Shown here: in pieces, positions 60,586 through 64,000 of the stretch
Layout of the letters: each line of letters opens with the position of its first letter
Position numbering within the stretch: the first letter of the stretch is position 1
Assembly (NCBI GenBank): GCA_013178225.1
Contig: JABLXE010000015.1
Coordinates: forward strand, 1 to 64,000
DNA length: 64,000 bases
Source of the DNA: Methanotrichaceae archaeon
GTDB taxonomy: Archaea; Halobacteriota; Methanosarcinia; Methanotrichales; Methanotrichaceae
Reading direction: 5' to 3'
Program-made: the position numbers and the translations under genes
The notes under the pieces: generated by a model
What the model was told of the DNA's origin: nothing
The model's input: the letters and a program-made list of their open reading frames with translations, nothing else
The model's database searches: none

Positions 60586-61785
60586 ATGAATGAAGGCCGT
60601 AAGAGGCCTGCCAATCGTATCACAACGAGCACGGAGAGAGAACGAATGCGCATCATTAACCTGTCAAATAGGGCATTGCTGCTACTATTATTATGCTCCA
60701 TATTTTTTTTGAGCTTATCAGCAATGGCATCGTATCCCAAGACCTTTACCGATACTCAGGGCCGGGAGATAACGCTTGATGAGCCGGTGGAGAGGATAAT
60801 CACCCGGGCTCCGGACGAAGCCAGGGTGATCATTGCCCTGGGATATGGAGACAAGCTAATTGCAGGAGAACAGGCCACCAAATCCTGTCTCTGCCCCATG
60901 ACCTTCGACAATACCACAGAGGGATGCTCGGACTGCTTCAACACCATCATCGGCGGCCGCATGCCGGATCTGCCCGAGATCAGCACTCGATATGACATCT
61001 ACTTCGAGCAGATAGCTGCCCTCAAGCCTGACATCATCTTCTGCGGAAACCTGAAAGATGCTGAAGCCTTCGAGGAGAAGATCGGCTGCCCGGTGGTCGT
61101 TTTGGGAGGTTCAGGCTGGGACTTCGATGACGGCGGATGCATAACCAGCATCAAGGTGGCCGGGGAGGCCCTGGACTGCGAAGACCGGGCTGACGATTTG
61201 ATCGATTTCATAAACGGCAAGATCGATATGGTGAAATCGGTATCGGAAAATGTACCTGAGGACGAGAAACCCACGGTCTACTTCGCATCCCGCGGCGCGA
61301 CCAACGCCTTTTACGACCCCAAGGAGGGACGGGACTTCACCCGAACCGAGCCCTCGTATGATCCTCTGCTGGCTGCAGGCGGCCATAACGTGGCCTCTGA
61401 GATCAACGGCTCCACAGTGAACGTGGCACTCGAGCAGATCATTGCCTGGGACCCGGACTACATCTTCATATCCAACAGCCAGGCGGGAAACAACACCGGA
61501 CTGGATTTCATCAAGAACAGCCCTGAACTTCAATCCATAAATGCCATCAAGAACGGCAATGTCTACAACTGCTTCTATCCCCACTGCCGCGGCCAGCCTC
61601 CAGACCGAAACCTCCTGAACATGCTCTACATGGCCAAGATCCTCTATCCGGAGGAGTTCGAGGATATGGACCTGGAAGAAGAGGGCAATGAGGTCTTCAA
61701 GGCCTTCCTGGGAGTGGACGGAGTCTTTTCGGACTATGCCGATTACCTGGTTTGGCCCAGGGAATACCTGGACAGCCTGAAGTAG
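60586..61785 (+). CDS. FecB-type substrate-binding protein (lipoprotein-like signal)
   Basis: The likely start is MRIINLSN...LLLCSIFFLSLSAMAS near 60646. The FecB blocks ALKPDIIFC and IAWDPDYIFIS are present. Confidence 0.75.
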   Translation: MNEGRKRPANRITTSTERERMRIINLSNRALLLLLLCSIFFLSLSAMASYPKTFTDTQGREITLDEPVERIITRAPDEARVIIALGYGDKLIAGEQATKSCLCPMTFDNTTEGCSDCFNTIIGGRMPDLPEISTRYDIYFEQIAALKPDIIFCGNLKDAEAFEEKIGCPVVVLGGSGWDFDDGGCITSIKVAGEALDCEDRADDLIDFINGKIDMVKSVSENVPEDEKPTVYFASRGATNAFYDPKEGRDFTRTEPSYDPLLAAGGHNVASEINGSTVNVALEQIIAWDPDYIFISNSQAGNNTGLDFIKNSPELQSINAIKNGNVYNCFYPHCRGQPPDRNLLNMLYMAKILYPEEFEDMDLEEEGNEVFKAFLGVDGVFSDYADYLVWPREYLDSLK

Positions 61786-61795
61786 GGATTCGGAT

Positions 61796-62635
61796 ATGAC
61801 TGGAGTCATAAACTGGAACGAACTCTGGAAGGTGAGCCACCATAACGGCTTTCACCATCACGGCGAAGATCTTGCCGATCACTGGGATCGCAGAGCCCGG
61901 GAGTTCAACCGTATGGTCATGCGGCACAAAGAGAGGGCAGAGGCTCAGGTTTCCTCTCTGGGCTTGAGCCACGAGGACACGGTTTTGGATATAGGTGCCG
62001 GAACCGGTCGCCTGGCCATCCCCATGGCCAGGATAGCCAAGTCCGTAACTGCCCTGGACCAGTCCGGCGGAATGCTGGCCTGCCTCAAGGAAAATATGGA
62101 TAGAGAAGGCCTATCCAATATCCAGATAGTGCAGAAGAGCTGGCAGGACCTGAGCCCGGACAGCCTTCCGGGGCACGACGTGGTTCTCTCATCCAACTCC
62201 TTGGGCGTTTCCGACTTGCAGGAGGCACTCTCCAAGATGGACGGCCTGGCCAAAAAGGCCGTTTACATCTTCACCTTTGCAGACCGGAAGAGGGACGAAG
62301 GATTTCACGACTTTCTGGGGCAAAAGCATCATCATCATCATCATCGGGCCTCCAACCTTCCGCCAGACTATATCATAATCTATAATCTGCTCGCAGAAAT
62401 GGGAATTCTCGCCGACGTGAAGATCGTTGAGTGGGAAGCCCAAGAGCACTACTCAAGTCTCGAGGAGGCAGTGGCTAGCTGGAAGGAGATGCACGAGATT
62501 TTACCGGAAAAAGAGCCGCAGCTGAGGGAATTTCTGTCCCAGAAGCTGGAAAAAGACGACCAGGGACTGTGTATGCACCGGCGCTCCAAGCAGGCCAGGA
62601 TATCCTGGCAAAAGAGCCTGGAAGGTCCCGCCTAG
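61796..62635 (+). CDS. Class I SAM-dependent methyltransferase containing a native His6 tract
   Basis: Motif I is VLDIGAGTGRLAIPMA, motif II is HDVVLSSNS, and an internal GQKHHHHHHRAS run is present. Confidence 0.7.
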   Translation: MTGVINWNELWKVSHHNGFHHHGEDLADHWDRRAREFNRMVMRHKERAEAQVSSLGLSHEDTVLDIGAGTGRLAIPMARIAKSVTALDQSGGMLACLKENMDREGLSNIQIVQKSWQDLSPDSLPGHDVVLSSNSLGVSDLQEALSKMDGLAKKAVYIFTFADRKRDEGFHDFLGQKHHHHHHRASNLPPDYIIIYNLLAEMGILADVKIVEWEAQEHYSSLEEAVASWKEMHEILPEKEPQLREFLSQKLEKDDQGLCMHRRSKQARISWQKSLEGPA

Positions 62636-62645
62636 AGGGGTTAGC

Positions 62646-63425
62646 ATGGTTTCCATACCCCTTCTAGCAGGATCAATTTTTTTGATAGCTGTTATAGCCG
62701 TCAGCACTAAGGTGGTCAAGCAGTACGAGCAGGCGGTGATACTTCGTCTGGGCAAGATCCAGAAGGAGAGAGGACCAGGGCTCTTCCCGCTCGTGCCCCT
62801 GATGGACAAGATGGTCAGAGTGGACATGAGGTTAAGAGAGCTGGACGTGCCCAAGCAGACGGTGATCTCCAGCGACAACGTCACCCTGGAGGTGGACGCA
62901 GTGATCTACTACAAGGTCAAGGATGCCACCCGGGCCATCATCGAGGTCGAGGACTACGAAGCTGCGACGCTTCTGCTCGCCCAGACCACTCTGAGAGACA
63001 TTCTGGGACAAAATGAGCTGGACACCATTCTCTCCGACAGAGACGACCTCAACAACAGGATCAAGGAGATACTGGATGCCGCAACCGAACCCTGGGGAAT
63101 GCATGTGGCGATGGTTACCATGAGAGACGTGGCCCTTCCCGAGAATATGCTGCGGGCCATTGCCAGACAGGCGGAGGCGGAGCGCGAGAAGAGAGCCAGG
63201 ATCATTCTGGCCGAGGGAGAGTACCAGGCCTCCCAGATGATGAACGATGCTGCCAGCATGTACGAGAACAAGCCCAGCGCCCTGAAGCTGCGAGAGTTCC
63301 AGACTCTGACCGAGATCGCAAAGGAGAAGAACCTCATCGTCGTTTCCACCGGATCCGATAATGGAGCAAAAACCTCTGAGATTCCCATACTGATGGGACT
63401 TTCCAAGGCGGCTGCAGATAGATGA
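62646..63425 (+). CDS. SPFH/band-7 stomatin-like protein
   Basis: An N-terminal TM anchor is followed by the stomatin signature region (QAVILRLGKI...RVDMRLRELDVPKQTVISSDNVTLEVDAVIYYKV). Confidence 0.85.
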   Translation: MVSIPLLAGSIFLIAVIAVSTKVVKQYEQAVILRLGKIQKERGPGLFPLVPLMDKMVRVDMRLRELDVPKQTVISSDNVTLEVDAVIYYKVKDATRAIIEVEDYEAATLLLAQTTLRDILGQNELDTILSDRDDLNNRIKEILDAATEPWGMHVAMVTMRDVALPENMLRAIARQAEAEREKRARIILAEGEYQASQMMNDAASMYENKPSALKLREFQTLTEIAKEKNLIVVSTGSDNGAKTSEIPILMGLSKAAADR

Positions 63426-64000
63426 CGGACTACAGAGCGTTCTTCCACGGCAAGCCCGAACAGAAGCTGTCCAGGTCCAGACGGGTCAAGAAGAAGAGCC
63501 AGATGGAAGAGGCTCACGAAAAGTTCAAGTTCGTCCGCATTTTCTTCGTGCTTTCCGTGCTCGGCCTGCTGGTCCTTCTAATTGGCATCATAATCACCCT
63601 GGGACCCCTCAACATCTCTGTAAGCGAGGCCTATTCCGCTCTTCTCCAGAAATTCTTTCCCGCTTACTTCCAGGTAGAGGCCCTGACCTCTCGCGTGGTC
63701 TGGAACATCAGGTTTCCCCGCATCCTGGGCGGAATCATGGCCGGCTTCGGCCTGGGGATGTGCGGATGCGTGATGCAGGCCGTCCTCAAGAATCCGCTGG
63801 CAAGCCCCTTCACCCTGGGAATTACCGCCGGAGCGCAGTTCGGCATCTCGACCGCTGCGGTCCTGGGCGTAACCATTCTGGGAGGGCCGTACCTCCTGGT
63901 TGGAAATGCCTTCATCTTCGCCCTCCTCTGCTCGATGATCATCGTTGCCCTGGCAGCCATTAAAGGGGCCACCTCCGAGAATCTGGTGCTGGCGGGAATC
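63422..64000 (+). CDS. FecCD/BtuC-family permease, partial (runs off the window end)
   Basis: Its ATG overlaps the stomatin TGA (ATGA). The translation contains RFPRILGGIMAGFGLGMCGCVMQAVLKNPLASPFTLGI, homologous to the 52640 permease. It is absent from the supplied track because no stop falls inside the window. Confidence 0.8.
   Translation, partial: MTDYRAFFHGKPEQKLSRSRRVKKKSQMEEAHEKFKFVRIFFVLSVLGLLVLLIGIIITLGPLNISVSEAYSALLQKFFPAYFQVEALTSRVVWNIRFPRILGGIMAGFGLGMCGCVMQAVLKNPLASPFTLGITAGAQFGISTAAVLGVTILGGPYLLVGNAFIFALLCSMIIVALAAIKGATSENLVLAGI

Overview
This reads as a GC-rich (about 55-60%) archaeal chromosome segment, probably from a Methanosarcinales-type methanogen. That guess rests on FmdE-domain proteins, a UPF0284/archaeal CobT-like gene, PEP synthase and archaeal-style TATA promoters, and is inference only. 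The window mixes housekeeping genes with a lot of accessory content. Housekeeping examples are ppsA, a tgt plus YhhQ-type queuosine-precursor transporter pair, a TrpD-like phosphoribosyltransferase, a Zn-ADH and an SSS symporter. The accessory content includes secreted hydrolases (a Cys-type sulfatase, S9 and M20 peptidases, an ADA-like deaminase), three fasciclin paralogs (one decayed), sulfur-transferase genes (rhodanese, MBL-rhodanese fusion, tandem rhodanese, TspO), insertion-sequence debris (an IS5-family transposase; IS110, ISAzo13 and IS3 fragments) and several frameshifted or decayed genes. I found no rRNA, tRNA or CRISPR array.

The most striking structure lies between 46.5 and 64 kb. 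It is a duplicated module made of a secreted FmdE-domain protein, a SAM-dependent methyltransferase, a FecB-type substrate-binding protein and FecCD/FecE-type ABC importer components. One binding protein carries dockerin-like repeats, and one methyltransferase has a native His6 tract. Module 1 sits next to a PadR regulator, and its promoters share a TATA box followed by ATATCGAT palindrome boxes. Directly upstream of this region is a gene for a secreted, extremely Cys-rich CPTGS-heptad protein containing four near-identical 72-bp tandem repeats.

Two further items stand out. An AT-rich island holds a radical SAM/SPASM enzyme with a long N-terminal extension, which reads as a candidate peptide maturase. 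A rhodanese gene overlaps a zinc-ribbon ORF on the opposite strand, and neither has a canonical start codon. All functional calls come from motif-level reading of the translations. No database searches were run.
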